Positions 47,386-56,425 of a DNA stretch of 64,000 nt are shown in pieces. The notes beneath the pieces are model-generated. The model was not told the DNA's origin, made no database searches, and saw nothing but the letters and a program-made list of their open reading frames with translations. A program made the translations under genes and the position numbers. The DNA comes from Deltaproteobacteria bacterium (GTDB taxonomy: Bacteria > Desulfobacterota > Deferrimicrobia > Deferrimicrobiales > Deferrimicrobiaceae): contig JACRCO010000071.1 in NCBI GenBank assembly GCA_016218975.1, forward strand, positions 83,288 through 147,287, read 5' to 3'. Every line of letters starts with the position of its first letter. The stretch's first letter is position 1.

Positions 47386-49812
47386 TTATTTTTTCTCCGC
47401 GGGGGGCTCCTTCGGCGGTTCCTTGCGCTCGTAGCGGATTCCCTTCGTCTCGCCGAAACGCTGCTTGAGCTCCAGGACGCGCTCCTCGAAGTCGCGGCTG
47501 AGCTGCGTCCCTTCCTCCACGCTGGAGATGACCCGCGGGGTAATGAAGACGAGCAGTTCGTTCCGGGTCATCGTGTCCGAGCGGGCGCCGAATATCCAGC
47601 CGATGATCGGGATTTTGTAGAAGAACGGGAGACCCTCCCGGTTCCGCGCCTGCCGCTCCTTGACCAGTCCGCCGAGGACGATGCTCCGGTCCTGCGTGGC
47701 GACGAGCGTCGTCTGGATGTTCCGCTTGAAGAAGCTTGGGTTCGTCGTTCCGGTGGACTCCGTGCTGCTGACTTCGCTTACCTCCTGCTCGATCTCGAGC
47801 GTAACGATCCCCTGGTCGTTGATGTACGGGGTAAAAGACAGGATGACGCCGACGTCACGATACTCCACGGTCTGCGTGGTGACCGGGGGATTGGAGTTGG
47901 CGACGATCGACGCCGTTGTGACGGGGACTGAGTCCGCGACCTGGATCTTCGATTTCCTGCCGTTGGCGGCGATCACGCTCGGGGAGGAAAGGATGGAAAC
48001 CTTGCCGTCGTTGGCCAGCGACCGGAAGGCGGCCGTCAGGCGGTCGGTCCTGTCCACCATGTATCGCAGGCCCGACGTGAATGCCGCCGCCGATGTCGCC
48101 ATGGAGACGTTGTGCCTGTAATCGCCGAACTGGCGGATATACGTCCAGTCGACACCCAGCTTGAGGGTGTCGTCGAGCTGCACCTCCCCAATCAGCACTT
48201 CGAGAAGAACCTGGCGCGGGTAGACGTCGATCGCCTTCAAGGTCTCGAGTATGGCGGCGTACTCCGAAGCGCTACCGCGGATTATGAGCGAGTTGGTCGT
48301 CTCGTCCGCGATGATGTCGTACCCTTCTCCCTCCTTCTTTTCGGGGGTGTGCGCGGCGGGTTTCGGCGCCGCGGCCTGCTGCGCGGGAGGCGGGGCGGTC
48401 AGGATCGTCGGCTTGACCGGTTCGGCGAACTGCGGCTTGAATTCCGTGGGCTTCGACGGAAGCCCCGTCGCGCGCGACGGGTAGAGCTTCTCCAGGATGG
48501 CCACGATGTCCTTTACCTTGCCGTGCCGGACCCGGTACAGGTGCACCGCGCGTGATGTGCTGGACGGTTCACGGTCGAGCTCCTTGATCCAGCGCTCCAC
48601 CTCGTCCATCGTCCTGGGCGAGGCGCTCACCACGAGCAGGGAGTTCAGGCGCACAAGCGGAACGAAGTTTATCCCGGACGGGCGTCCGCCCTTCGCACCG
48701 AAATCGAGGGCGCCGAAGATGGCATCCAGGCTTTTTGCCATTTCGTCGGGGTCCAGGAATTTAAGAGGAAACATCCTGACTCCCGCGGACTTGAACGCGT
48801 CCGCGTCGAACAGTTCCACGAGCCTGACATGCTTGTCCATGTTGCCGGCCGTGTCGGTCACAAGCAGCATGTTCGCCCGCGGCACTTCCGTGGCGTCACC
48901 CCCCGCGGACAGGAACGGGCGGATCACCTTCGCCATTTCCGCCGCGGCGATGTATTGCAGCGGGAAGGCCCGCATCGTGGGCCGGTTGGGAGAAAACGGA
49001 TCCTCCTTCGCGCCTTCGATCAGCGGTTCCATTTTCGCTTCGTTCATCGGGACGATGTGGTAGACGTTCCCCTCCCTGACCGCCGTGGCGCCGTTTACGC
49101 GCAAAATGGAGAACAGGATCTCGAGAGCGTCGTCCTTCTTCACCGTCCCCTGCGTGTGTACGTTGACGACGCCACGTACCCTGGGGTCGATGATGTAGTT
49201 GATCCCCGCAATCCGTCCGAGCGTATGGATCACTTCGTAGACGTCGGCGTTGTTGAACTTGACCAGGAACCCTCCGCCCGCGGCCGCGGGAACAGGCCGC
49301 TGCGGCAAGGCGAGCGGGCGCGGAACCGGCATGGGTCGAGCCGGGACACGAGGGGGAGCGACGGGGGCTTCCGCCGCGGGCGCAGGCGCTGCCGGGGCAG
49401 GCTCGGCGGTCCTTGGTTCGGCCGGAGCCGGGGTCTCTTCCGGCGGCGCGGGTTCGGCCGTTTTCGGAGCCGCAGGAGCGGGTGTTTCCTCCGGCGGAGC
49501 CTGCTCGGCGGTTTCGGAAGGAACAACCGGTTCCTCGACGAGCGTCGATCCGGCGGGAGGGGGCGAAGTTGTGGAAACCGCGGGCAGCCCTTCCGCCGCG
49601 GGCGGGGGCGCCGCCGCGTCGGCCGGAGGCGCCGGCGTTCCGTTCGTTGCCGTTTTTCCCGCCTCATTGCCGTTGGAAGGAGGCGGCGGCGGAACGGGCG
49701 GCTTCTGCTCGATCAGGTCGAGCGTCCGGTGGGGAAGGGGACCGATCTCTACCGCCCCCACGGACACGGCAATAGCCAGCAAAGCAAGAATCGCAAGGAT
49801 ACGAGGTATCAT
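47386..49812 (-). CDS. gspD: Type II secretion secretin with a long Pro/Ala-rich N-terminal extension
   Basis: Secretin N-domains and core (LIIRGSASEYAAILETLKAIDVYPRQVLLEVLIGEV...VLGGL...PFFYKIPIIGWIFG). ATG 49812 lies behind GGGGGAG. About 145 residues of P/A-rich sequence precede the first N-domain. Confidence 0.9.
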   Translation of the reverse strand: MIPRILAILALLAIAVSVGAVEIGPLPHRTLDLIEQKPPVPPPPPSNGNEAGKTATNGTPAPPADAAAPPPAAEGLPAVSTTSPPPAGSTLVEEPVVPSETAEQAPPEETPAPAAPKTAEPAPPEETPAPAEPRTAEPAPAAPAPAAEAPVAPPRVPARPMPVPRPLALPQRPVPAAAGGGFLVKFNNADVYEVIHTLGRIAGINYIIDPRVRGVVNVHTQGTVKKDDALEILFSILRVNGATAVREGNVYHIVPMNEAKMEPLIEGAKEDPFSPNRPTMRAFPLQYIAAAEMAKVIRPFLSAGGDATEVPRANMLLVTDTAGNMDKHVRLVELFDADAFKSAGVRMFPLKFLDPDEMAKSLDAIFGALDFGAKGGRPSGINFVPLVRLNSLLVVSASPRTMDEVERWIKELDREPSSTSRAVHLYRVRHGKVKDIVAILEKLYPSRATGLPSKPTEFKPQFAEPVKPTILTAPPPAQQAAAPKPAAHTPEKKEGEGYDIIADETTNSLIIRGSASEYAAILETLKAIDVYPRQVLLEVLIGEVQLDDTLKLGVDWTYIRQFGDYRHNVSMATSAAAFTSGLRYMVDRTDRLTAAFRSLANDGKVSILSSPSVIAANGRKSKIQVADSVPVTTASIVANSNPPVTTQTVEYRDVGVILSFTPYINDQGIVTLEIEQEVSEVSSTESTGTTNPSFFKRNIQTTLVATQDRSIVLGGLVKERQARNREGLPFFYKIPIIGWIFGARSDTMTRNELLVFITPRVISSVEEGTQLSRDFEERVLELKQRFGETKGIRYERKEPPKEPPAEKK

Positions 49813-49833
49813 GCCGTTCTCCCCCACAAGAAG

Positions 49834-50595
49834 TTATCGCTGCCCGGGCACGTAAGTCGGCCGGACCCTGCCCCTGTACGGTCTTTGCTGAAATGCCTCG
49901 GCCGGGCTCCCCGTAAGGCCGGGCGGCGCAACGGATGCGGGAGCCTGCGTCTTTGCCGGGACCGCACCGGCCGACCCCGTGCGAGCGGGCGCAGATACCG
50001 AGTCCGCCCTGATTGGAGCCGGCGGCGGGCGCGTCTGCCCTGCGGAGGCGGGAGACGCCTGCGTCGACGGGAGATCGGTCCGAAGGCCGCCCGTTCCCTG
50101 GACCTTCGGGGCTCCGGCGTACAGGGGCAGCAGGAACTCCTTCCCGTCGGCCTCCAGAAGCACTCCGTCCTGCTGGATCTCCTTCACCACGAATCCGGGC
50201 AGCGTTTCCCCGGGGCTGAGTTCGTACCGCTCAGGCCGTCCGGGAGACTTGCCGGTAACCACGGCCTTCTTCATGTCCCCGAGAAGAAGAACTCCCAGGA
50301 GCGTGAATCGGGATAGTTCTTGATCGTAGTTGCGCGCGGGAACGATCGAGGCGTTTTCCTGGAACGGCCGCCGGTCCGGCCGGAAGACCGGCCTTGCCGT
50401 GATGTACGCCACGGGAGCGGACAGTTCCACCGCCTGCGGGGGATCCTCCGGGGATATGCCGATCGGGGGAACGGCGGGGGCTGAGGGCGGCGGCGGAATC
50501 CCGTAAGCCGGCCCGGTCCAGGCGCGGTATGTCCGCCAGCCGAAGAAGAGCGCGGCAAGCGCCAGCGCGATCATGAGGAATCCCGGCCGCTTCAT
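49834..50595 (-). CDS. T2SS inner-membrane component, GspC/GspN/PilP-like (assignment tentative)
   Basis: 253 aa with one N-terminal TM helix (MKRPGFLMIALALAALFFGW), a small beta-rich domain (RFTLLGVLLLGDMKKAVV...PGFVVKEIQQDGVLL) and a P/A-rich tail. ATGA overlap with the upstream gene. The call relies mainly on its position before gspD. Confidence 0.5.
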   Translation of the reverse strand: MKRPGFLMIALALAALFFGWRTYRAWTGPAYGIPPPPSAPAVPPIGISPEDPPQAVELSAPVAYITARPVFRPDRRPFQENASIVPARNYDQELSRFTLLGVLLLGDMKKAVVTGKSPGRPERYELSPGETLPGFVVKEIQQDGVLLEADGKEFLLPLYAGAPKVQGTGGLRTDLPSTQASPASAGQTRPPPAPIRADSVSAPARTGSAGAVPAKTQAPASVAPPGLTGSPAEAFQQRPYRGRVRPTYVPGQR

Positions 50596-51221
50596 TCTCC
50601 CGGCCTTTCCGCTTTCGCTTCGGCATCGGAGCCTGCGATTCCGGCCACAACGACCGAAGTAACCAGGTTTTCCTTCCGGTTCGCCGTGGTTGCGCCGTAG
50701 TATCCTGAATGGACGGATAATTTCTTCACGCGAAGGATCTTGGGATGCCGCGCCGCTTCGGCAAGCATACGCGCCAGCCCCTCCGTCGTCGTCTGGAAAT
50801 CGATCTGGACCGCCACTTCGGCGTATGATCCCCGCTGCACGGGGGCGAGCGTACGTACGGAAGTGACGCGCGTGTCGGGGCGTTCCAGCCAGGGTTTGAT
50901 CATACCCTGGAGCGCGGAAGCGGAAGCGGCGGGGCTGTCTCCCGGCAAAAGCCCCTCCTCGAGTTCCTCGAGCCGCACGGCCGCATCGGCCAACGCAAGG
51001 TCGATCGTCCCCTCTCCCGCCGCCGCGAGGCGGTAACGAGCGAGAGTCCCCATGCGCTGCGGAACGGCTGACCTGGCTCTTTTGTAGGAATCGACCGCCG
51101 GATACACTCCGATCCGGATCACTGCGAATACGAGGACGAACCCGACTCCAAGGAGCAGGAGGAGCCGCTCTCTCTGGGAGAGGGCGCGAATCCTCGCCTT
51201 GATACGCGCGACGGCGCTCAC
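50592..51221 (-). CDS. gspM: GspM/PilO-like T2SS assembly protein
   Basis: 209 aa, bitopic (LLLLLGVGFVLVFAVIRIG), with a coiled-coil and then an alpha/beta domain. Position between gspL and gspC/N. Confidence 0.55.
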   Translation of the reverse strand: MSAVARIKARIRALSQRERLLLLLGVGFVLVFAVIRIGVYPAVDSYKRARSAVPQRMGTLARYRLAAAGEGTIDLALADAAVRLEELEEGLLPGDSPAASASALQGMIKPWLERPDTRVTSVRTLAPVQRGSYAEVAVQIDFQTTTEGLARMLAEAARHPKILRVKKLSVHSGYYGATTANRKENLVTSVVVAGIAGSDAEAKAERPGE

Positions 51222-52672
51222 GGTTTTTTCCTTGCTTCGGCCGGAGTTTCCGGCGGGACGGGCGAGAATTCCGCCCGGATCTGGAACCGTTCGAGGTTGT
51301 CCGCCTGCCGGGTGATCGGCGATGCGAATTCCACCTTTCGGAACTGCCCGTCCCGTGCGAGAGCCGGAAAGATTTCGTTCGCGGAAGGGGAAAGCCCGTC
51401 AAGCTCGACCTTCAGGTCCTCCATGCGCAGGCCGGTCAGCCATGTGCCCTGAGGCAGGCGTTCCGTCAATTGCCGCAGGACGAGGATCTGCTCCTCTCGG
51501 CCCGCTCTCGCCTCCTTGAGGTATGCGATCCGCCCCTCCAGGTCGCCGAGGATGGCAAGCGTCTCCTCCACCCGCGCCACTTCGGGACGAAGGGATGCTA
51601 TTTCGGCGTCGAGCCGGTCGACTGCCTGCTTCGTGCGCACGGCAACGGATGCAGGCCAGGAAAGCGCCAGGAGAAGGGCGGCCGCGGCGAGCGCGATCGT
51701 GGCGGTACGGGCCGTCGTGCGAAGCCTTTCGCCTTCCTTATCCGGGGAAAGAAGATCCGGGCCCTTTTCGCAAAGCGCAGCGCCCAAAGCGCCCAGCACC
51801 CGCCAGAAACGCGCCGGATCCGCCGCGTCCTCCCCCGGCAACGCCATCGCCGCTGACATCCTGTTCTCGAAACCCTCGACCGGATTTGCGCGTTCCGTTC
51901 CTGCCTGCGGAAAACGACCTTCGCGAATCCACCAGGATGGCGCGTACACGCTCGCTTCCGCCTCGGTGACCGAATCGGGCGCATCTATCAGCGACTCGGA
52001 GAGCAGGTTCAACGCTTCCACGGGGGAACCCTCCGGAGGACAGGCTCTCACCGCGGAGAAGAACGGCTCTCCGCCGGCAATCGCCGTGCATTCAACGCCT
52101 CCGTCCATTTCCCTCAGGACCGCGCAAAGTTTCCCGTCGCTCACCGCCTGCTCCCCGGCCCATCGGCAGGTTTCCGACATCGCCCATCCCGACGGAACGG
52201 CCGCGCCGAGGGAAAGCCCCGCACGGGAAACAAGCTCCTCCCATCGTTCGATATACTCCGAAGAGGCCGCGACGAGGACCAGCCGGACATCCTTTCGGCC
52301 CGCGGCGCCGTCCAGGCGGCGCCAGTTGAATTTCAGCCGGGATGCGGGGACCGGGAAGATCCTGTCCAACTCCAGAGAGAGCGCAGGGCGAAGGTCTTTG
52401 CTCTTCAATGGCGGGAAGGGAATCCTGGCGAGGAAAACCTTTTCGGCAGGGATGGCCAGCCTGGCCTCGCAACCGGCGAGGCCGTTGCGCGCCACGAAAT
52501 CGGCAAGGACGCTCTCGGCTTCCGCCATCCGGATCTGCTCCCTGTCGCCGCGAAGTTCGACAGCCACAGGAGGGACGGCCACCGAGGGACGGCCGACTCC
52601 ATACCGGACTGCCGACAACGCCAGGCGCTTCCCCGAGGGGTCGATGCCCACGACCGTTCGGAAGAGGTTCAT
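51218..52672 (-). CDS. gspL: GspL-like (PilM-PilN-type) T2SS assembly protein
   Basis: 484 aa. Actin-like N-domain (VVGIDPSGKRLALSAV...), a central TM helix (ATIALAAAALLLALSW), and a C-terminal PilN-like coiled-coil and ferredoxin-like region. Confidence 0.6.
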   Translation of the reverse strand: MNLFRTVVGIDPSGKRLALSAVRYGVGRPSVAVPPVAVELRGDREQIRMAEAESVLADFVARNGLAGCEARLAIPAEKVFLARIPFPPLKSKDLRPALSLELDRIFPVPASRLKFNWRRLDGAAGRKDVRLVLVAASSEYIERWEELVSRAGLSLGAAVPSGWAMSETCRWAGEQAVSDGKLCAVLREMDGGVECTAIAGGEPFFSAVRACPPEGSPVEALNLLSESLIDAPDSVTEAEASVYAPSWWIREGRFPQAGTERANPVEGFENRMSAAMALPGEDAADPARFWRVLGALGAALCEKGPDLLSPDKEGERLRTTARTATIALAAAALLLALSWPASVAVRTKQAVDRLDAEIASLRPEVARVEETLAILGDLEGRIAYLKEARAGREEQILVLRQLTERLPQGTWLTGLRMEDLKVELDGLSPSANEIFPALARDGQFRKVEFASPITRQADNLERFQIRAEFSPVPPETPAEARKKP

Positions 52673-52675
52673 CGG

Positions 52676-53590
52676 TCACACCACCTCTTCCAGCGAGAGG
52701 AAGTCCATCCACCGGAGTATTTTCACGGTTTTCGTTCCCGCCCCGGAGACTTCCACCCGGCACTCCACGCCTCTTGCGGTCTTTCCGCCGGCCTTCCCCA
52801 CGGAAGTGATCGTATATACCCGTCCCTGCGGAGAAGTTGTAAATATCGCAGCCGCCGCGGGCGGCACTCCCGCATCCGCAAGATATTCCGCCACCTCCGC
52901 CGGAGACCGGAAGGGATTCTCCTCGCGCCTCGACACGACGGCATCGGCCGCACGGCGAGTGAAGCCCGGGAGCACCCGCAGCAGCGCGGCGGGCGCCGAG
53001 TTGATATCAACCGACGGGGAAGCGCCGTGAACGGTGAACGCTTTCGACAGAAGCCGGACGAAAAGATCCGGCGTCACGCCGTTGACCGAAAGAAGCTCGT
53101 CCACGCTCACGAATTTGCCGTTGCGGATCTTGACGGGTGCGGGCAGGGACGCATAATGGGCATCCTCCGCTCCGTTCGGACGCGGCATATCGTCCGCATC
53201 TCTCCAGTCCAGGATTGAATCTCCTACCCGTTCCGCGTCTTCCGTGGACAGCCCACCGTTTCTCAAGACATCTTTCAACACCGTCTCGGTAACGAAATTG
53301 ACGTCGATCTTTCCGCTTTCGGAGGCGATGCGCGTTTCGTAGGAGGCGTCATCCTCCTCTCCTTTCAGCGGTTCCCTGAGGGCGTTGTCGATGGGAGAAA
53401 CGGAGAGTTGGAAGATCGCGCGATTTACCCCGGTGCGAGCCTGGTAGTAGGCCCGTGCGGAATCGACACCGTTGCGTGCGGCAAGAGCCTCGGTCCGCAT
53501 CGCGAACGAGAAGGACATCGCCATTATCCCCAGCAGAAGCATGGCCCACAGGACGACGAGCTGCGCGATTCCACGCGAGCCGCGCATCAT
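52676..53590 (-). CDS. gspK: Minor pseudopilin GspK
   Basis: 304 aa. The hydrophobic N-terminus lacks Glu5. DSILDWRDADD...GAEDAHY...FVSVDELLSVNGV is GspK-typical. Confidence 0.8.
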   Translation of the reverse strand: MMRGSRGIAQLVVLWAMLLLGIMAMSFSFAMRTEALAARNGVDSARAYYQARTGVNRAIFQLSVSPIDNALREPLKGEEDDASYETRIASESGKIDVNFVTETVLKDVLRNGGLSTEDAERVGDSILDWRDADDMPRPNGAEDAHYASLPAPVKIRNGKFVSVDELLSVNGVTPDLFVRLLSKAFTVHGASPSVDINSAPAALLRVLPGFTRRAADAVVSRREENPFRSPAEVAEYLADAGVPPAAAAIFTTSPQGRVYTITSVGKAGGKTARGVECRVEVSGAGTKTVKILRWMDFLSLEEVV

Positions 53591-54231
53591 GCACCTCCCG
53601 CCGGGAGGGGGATGACCAGCGCGGTTTTCCGGGGACCGCTCTCCGACGGGGTGACGAATTCCACCCTGACGGCTGCCGGCAGGACCTTTTTCTCCTTGCT
53701 GTCCCACGTTTCCACCCATTCCCACTTGCCTTCTTCCGTAGGTCCAGGCGAGTACCCGAAGGCAATTTCGGAGGCTTCGGAGAGCAGAACACGCGGCCGT
53801 TCGTTCCCTTCCCATGGCTCAACACCCTCCGCCCGCAAAGGCGATCCCTCGGATAACATCAATCCGGATGCATTTCGCGAGGAATCTCTTCCAAAAAAAC
53901 AGAGCAGCCGGAAACCGCCGCCGGAAATGGATGAAGGAGCCGCCGCGGAGAGAAACCGGATTTTTCCCCTTTCCCCCCGGAAATAGGATACGGAGATACC
54001 CTCCGAGGGGAGAACCGCCAACGGATCCGCGGACCGTACCGCCCGCTCCAATACCTCCGTTCCAGCGCGCAGTCTCGCCATTGCGGCGGCCTCCTCCCCT
54101 CCGCGCGAAATCGAATGCCCCGCCAGCCGAAACGCAACGGCAAGGAAAGCCGCGATCGCGGCAATGATCGACAGGGACACGACCATCTCAAGGAGGGTGA
54201 ACCCTCCTACGCGCTTCGCGCCGCTATCCAT
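53587..54231 (-). CDS. gspJ: Minor pseudopilin, GspJ-like
   Basis: Prepilin leader MDSGAKRVG|GFTLLEMVVSL. About 200-aa mature protein. Position between I and K. Confidence 0.6.
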   Translation of the reverse strand: MDSGAKRVGGFTLLEMVVSLSIIAAIAAFLAVAFRLAGHSISRGGEEAAAMARLRAGTEVLERAVRSADPLAVLPSEGISVSYFRGERGKIRFLSAAAPSSISGGGFRLLCFFGRDSSRNASGLMLSEGSPLRAEGVEPWEGNERPRVLLSEASEIAFGYSPGPTEEGKWEWVETWDSKEKKVLPAAVRVEFVTPSESGPRKTALVIPLPAGGA

Positions 54232-54709
54232 CGCGTTTCCTTTCCCACCTGGTGGCGGAGACGCTGACCGCGCGATCCCTGCCTCCATCGTCCCATCGTA
54301 CCGTCACCTGGACATGCACCGGCCGGTACGGGCGTCCCTCCTCCTCCGGCAGGAAGGACGTTCGGGCGGTCCAGCGGTACTTTTCCCCGAAGAGCCCGGT
54401 TTCCTCACCCTCCGCGGGCGAAGGAGCGAGCATCGCCTCCTCCAGCCGCTGGGAGGCGTACAGCGATGCGGCATTCGAGTCCCTCGCGCCCCCCGCCAGG
54501 CGCAAGGAGCCCGACAGCAACTCGATCAGCCCCAGCAGTCCCGCGGCAAGAATCGCAAGGGCTACGATCACTTCAAGGAGCGTAAACCCTCCTTCGCGCT
54601 TCGCGCTTCGGAGGGCAGGCTCCCAGCCGCGCTTCGCGCTTCGGAGGGCAGGCCCCCAGTCGCGCTTCGCGCTTCGGAGGGCAAGCCCCGGTTCGCGCTT
54701 CGCGATCAT
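54224..54709 (-). CDS. gspI: Minor pseudopilin, GspI-like, with a 41-aa repeat-expanded leader peptide
   Basis: MIAKRE-[PGLALRSAKRD][WGPALRSAKRG][WEPALRSAKRE]-GG|FTLLEVIVALAIL. About 120-aa mature part. ATG 54709 overlaps the stop of the upstream pseudopilin (ATGA). No alternative in-frame start codon lies nearer the G|F site. Confidence 0.65.
   Translation of the reverse strand: MIAKREPGLALRSAKRDWGPALRSAKRGWEPALRSAKREGGFTLLEVIVALAILAAGLLGLIELLSGSLRLAGGARDSNAASLYASQRLEEAMLAPSPAEGEETGLFGEKYRWTARTSFLPEEEGRPYRPVHVQVTVRWDDGGRDRAVSVSATRWERKRDG
54595..54705 (-). repeat. About 3.4 copies of a 33-bp in-frame tandem repeat within the pseudopilin leader
   Basis: Plus-strand units CGCGCTTCGCGCTTCGGAGGGCA(G/A)G(C)(T/C)CCC.. 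begin at 54595, 54628 and 54661, with a partial unit at 54694. Each unit contains an internal GCGCTTC duplication. Confidence 0.85.
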
Positions 54710-55167
54710 GTGCCCTCCCCGACCATCCCGGTCAGGGGGTCCACCAGAATGCGCACTATTCCTCCGCCCGGGGAGGAGACCGCCACCTCCGCCTCGTCGG
54801 CGCTTCCGTCAGGGCGGAAACGTACGCGGACGACTCCGCGTTCCGCAATCGCGTCCCCGAACCGGACGGTCGCCAGCCGGATGCCTTCCGGCAGCGTCCA
54901 TCTCCGCTCGTCTCCGTCGATGCCGTACTCGCCTTTCCCCAGGTCCAGGGCCACGGAACGCCCCCGGGCCTCCGATACCGCCTGCGTCCGCGCAAGGTTG
55001 AGCGCGGCGCGCACTTCTCCCGCGCTCCCCCGAAGCCGGGCGGATTCGACGGCCCCCGGCAGGGACGGGAGAACCAGGGCCGCGAGCATTCCCATGATCG
55101 CGATCACGAGGATCAGCTCGAGTAGGGAAAATCCTCCCCTTCCGATGTATTTTCCCCGTGCCGTCAA
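54706..55167 (-). CDS. gspH: Pseudopilin, GspH/FimT-like
   Basis: Leader MTARGKYIGRG|GFSLLELILVIAIMGMLAAL, then the ...ARLRGSAGEVRAALNLARTQAV pattern of the GspH family. The TTG start overlaps the gspF TGA (TTGA). Confidence 0.65.
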   Translation of the reverse strand: MTARGKYIGRGGFSLLELILVIAIMGMLAALVLPSLPGAVESARLRGSAGEVRAALNLARTQAVSEARGRSVALDLGKGEYGIDGDERRWTLPEGIRLATVRFGDAIAERGVVRVRFRPDGSADEAEVAVSSPGGGIVRILVDPLTGMVGEGT

Positions 55168-56387
55168 AACGGAACCTCGTTCAGCCGGAATATCGCAAGA
55201 AACATGGAGAAGACGATGAATCCCACAAGGATCCCCATTCCGAGGATCACCGCGGGCTCGAGAAGGACGAGAAACCGCTGGAGCCCCCGTTTCGCGGTGT
55301 CCTCGAAGGCGTCGGCGACGGATGCGAGCATCTCCTCGAGCCGTCCGGTTTCCTCCCCGACGGCGATCATCTGGAGAGCCATTTCCGGTATCGGGGTCGT
55401 CTCCGAAAGCGAACGGGCGACCTTCGCGCCTCCCTGCACGCGGAGACGCGCGGCTTCCATCCCGTCTCGGACTGCGGTATTGCCACTTACTTCCTTCGCT
55501 ATCAGGAAGGCGGAGAGGATGGGAACGCCCCCCGTGAGCAGGGAAGAAAGCGAACGCATGATCCGCGAAGTTTCCATCGCCGTGAGGATCCCTCCCATTC
55601 CCGGCAGGCGCAGCTTCGCCCGGTCCCAGTCCCGCCGGACCTCGGGGCGGCGCAATGCCGCGGAAACCAGGAACCAGGCGAACGCGCCCGCGATAAGAAG
55701 CAGCAGTCCCTGCTCTTTCAGGAACGTGCTCGTGGAAAGAAGGATTTGCGTCGGCATGGGGAGAGCCACACGGGAGGCCGCAAAGACCGCGACGAATCGG
55801 GGAACGACGAATATCAGGAGAAGAATGACGGAGAGGACCGAAGCGCCGAGAAGGATGGACGGGTAAAGAAGCGATCCGATCAGGTTGGACCGGAATTCCC
55901 TGGACCTCGCAAGGAAGAGGCAGACCTGGTCCAGCGCTTCTTCCATGCGTCCCGTGGCCGCCCCGGCGTTGACCATCTGGACCGTGAAGCGGTCGAAGGG
56001 AGCGCCGGGCGCCCGCCTCATCGCGTCGGCCAGGGAACTTCCCGCGCGGACATCCCTGAGGATCTCCGCCGCCGCCGCTCCCATCGGCCTGCCGCGATAC
56101 AGGTCCGAGAGCATTTCCAACGCCCTGTCCACCGGGACACCGGCGACCAGCAGCGTCCGCAAGCCCTGGAGGAACGGAAGGAGGTCGCGTTTCCCTCCTC
56201 TCCACCGGATCGCTGCCGGGGCCTCCGCCGATGATTTCGCGGCAGCAGGCGTAGCGGGCCACACCCGGATCGGCTGGAAACCCTTTTCCCGAAGCTGTTC
56301 CGCGGCAACCCGTTCTTCGGCCGCCTCGACCATCCCTTCGGAGACGCGACCCGTGCGGTCGGCAGCCCGGTATCCGAACACCGCCAT
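55164..56387 (-). CDS. gspF: T2SS inner-membrane platform protein
   Basis: 407 aa with the duplicated GspF/PilC domain architecture (LRTLLVAGVPVDRALEML..., SLSSLLTGGVPILSAFLIA...), polytopic. Confidence 0.9.
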   Translation of the reverse strand: MAVFGYRAADRTGRVSEGMVEAAEERVAAEQLREKGFQPIRVWPATPAAAKSSAEAPAAIRWRGGKRDLLPFLQGLRTLLVAGVPVDRALEMLSDLYRGRPMGAAAAEILRDVRAGSSLADAMRRAPGAPFDRFTVQMVNAGAATGRMEEALDQVCLFLARSREFRSNLIGSLLYPSILLGASVLSVILLLIFVVPRFVAVFAASRVALPMPTQILLSTSTFLKEQGLLLLIAGAFAWFLVSAALRRPEVRRDWDRAKLRLPGMGGILTAMETSRIMRSLSSLLTGGVPILSAFLIAKEVSGNTAVRDGMEAARLRVQGGAKVARSLSETTPIPEMALQMIAVGEETGRLEEMLASVADAFEDTAKRGLQRFLVLLEPAVILGMGILVGFIVFSMFLAIFRLNEVPF

Positions 56388-56425
56388 CTTGATGACCCCC
56401 GTTATTCCCGCGGACCCGCGCCGGA

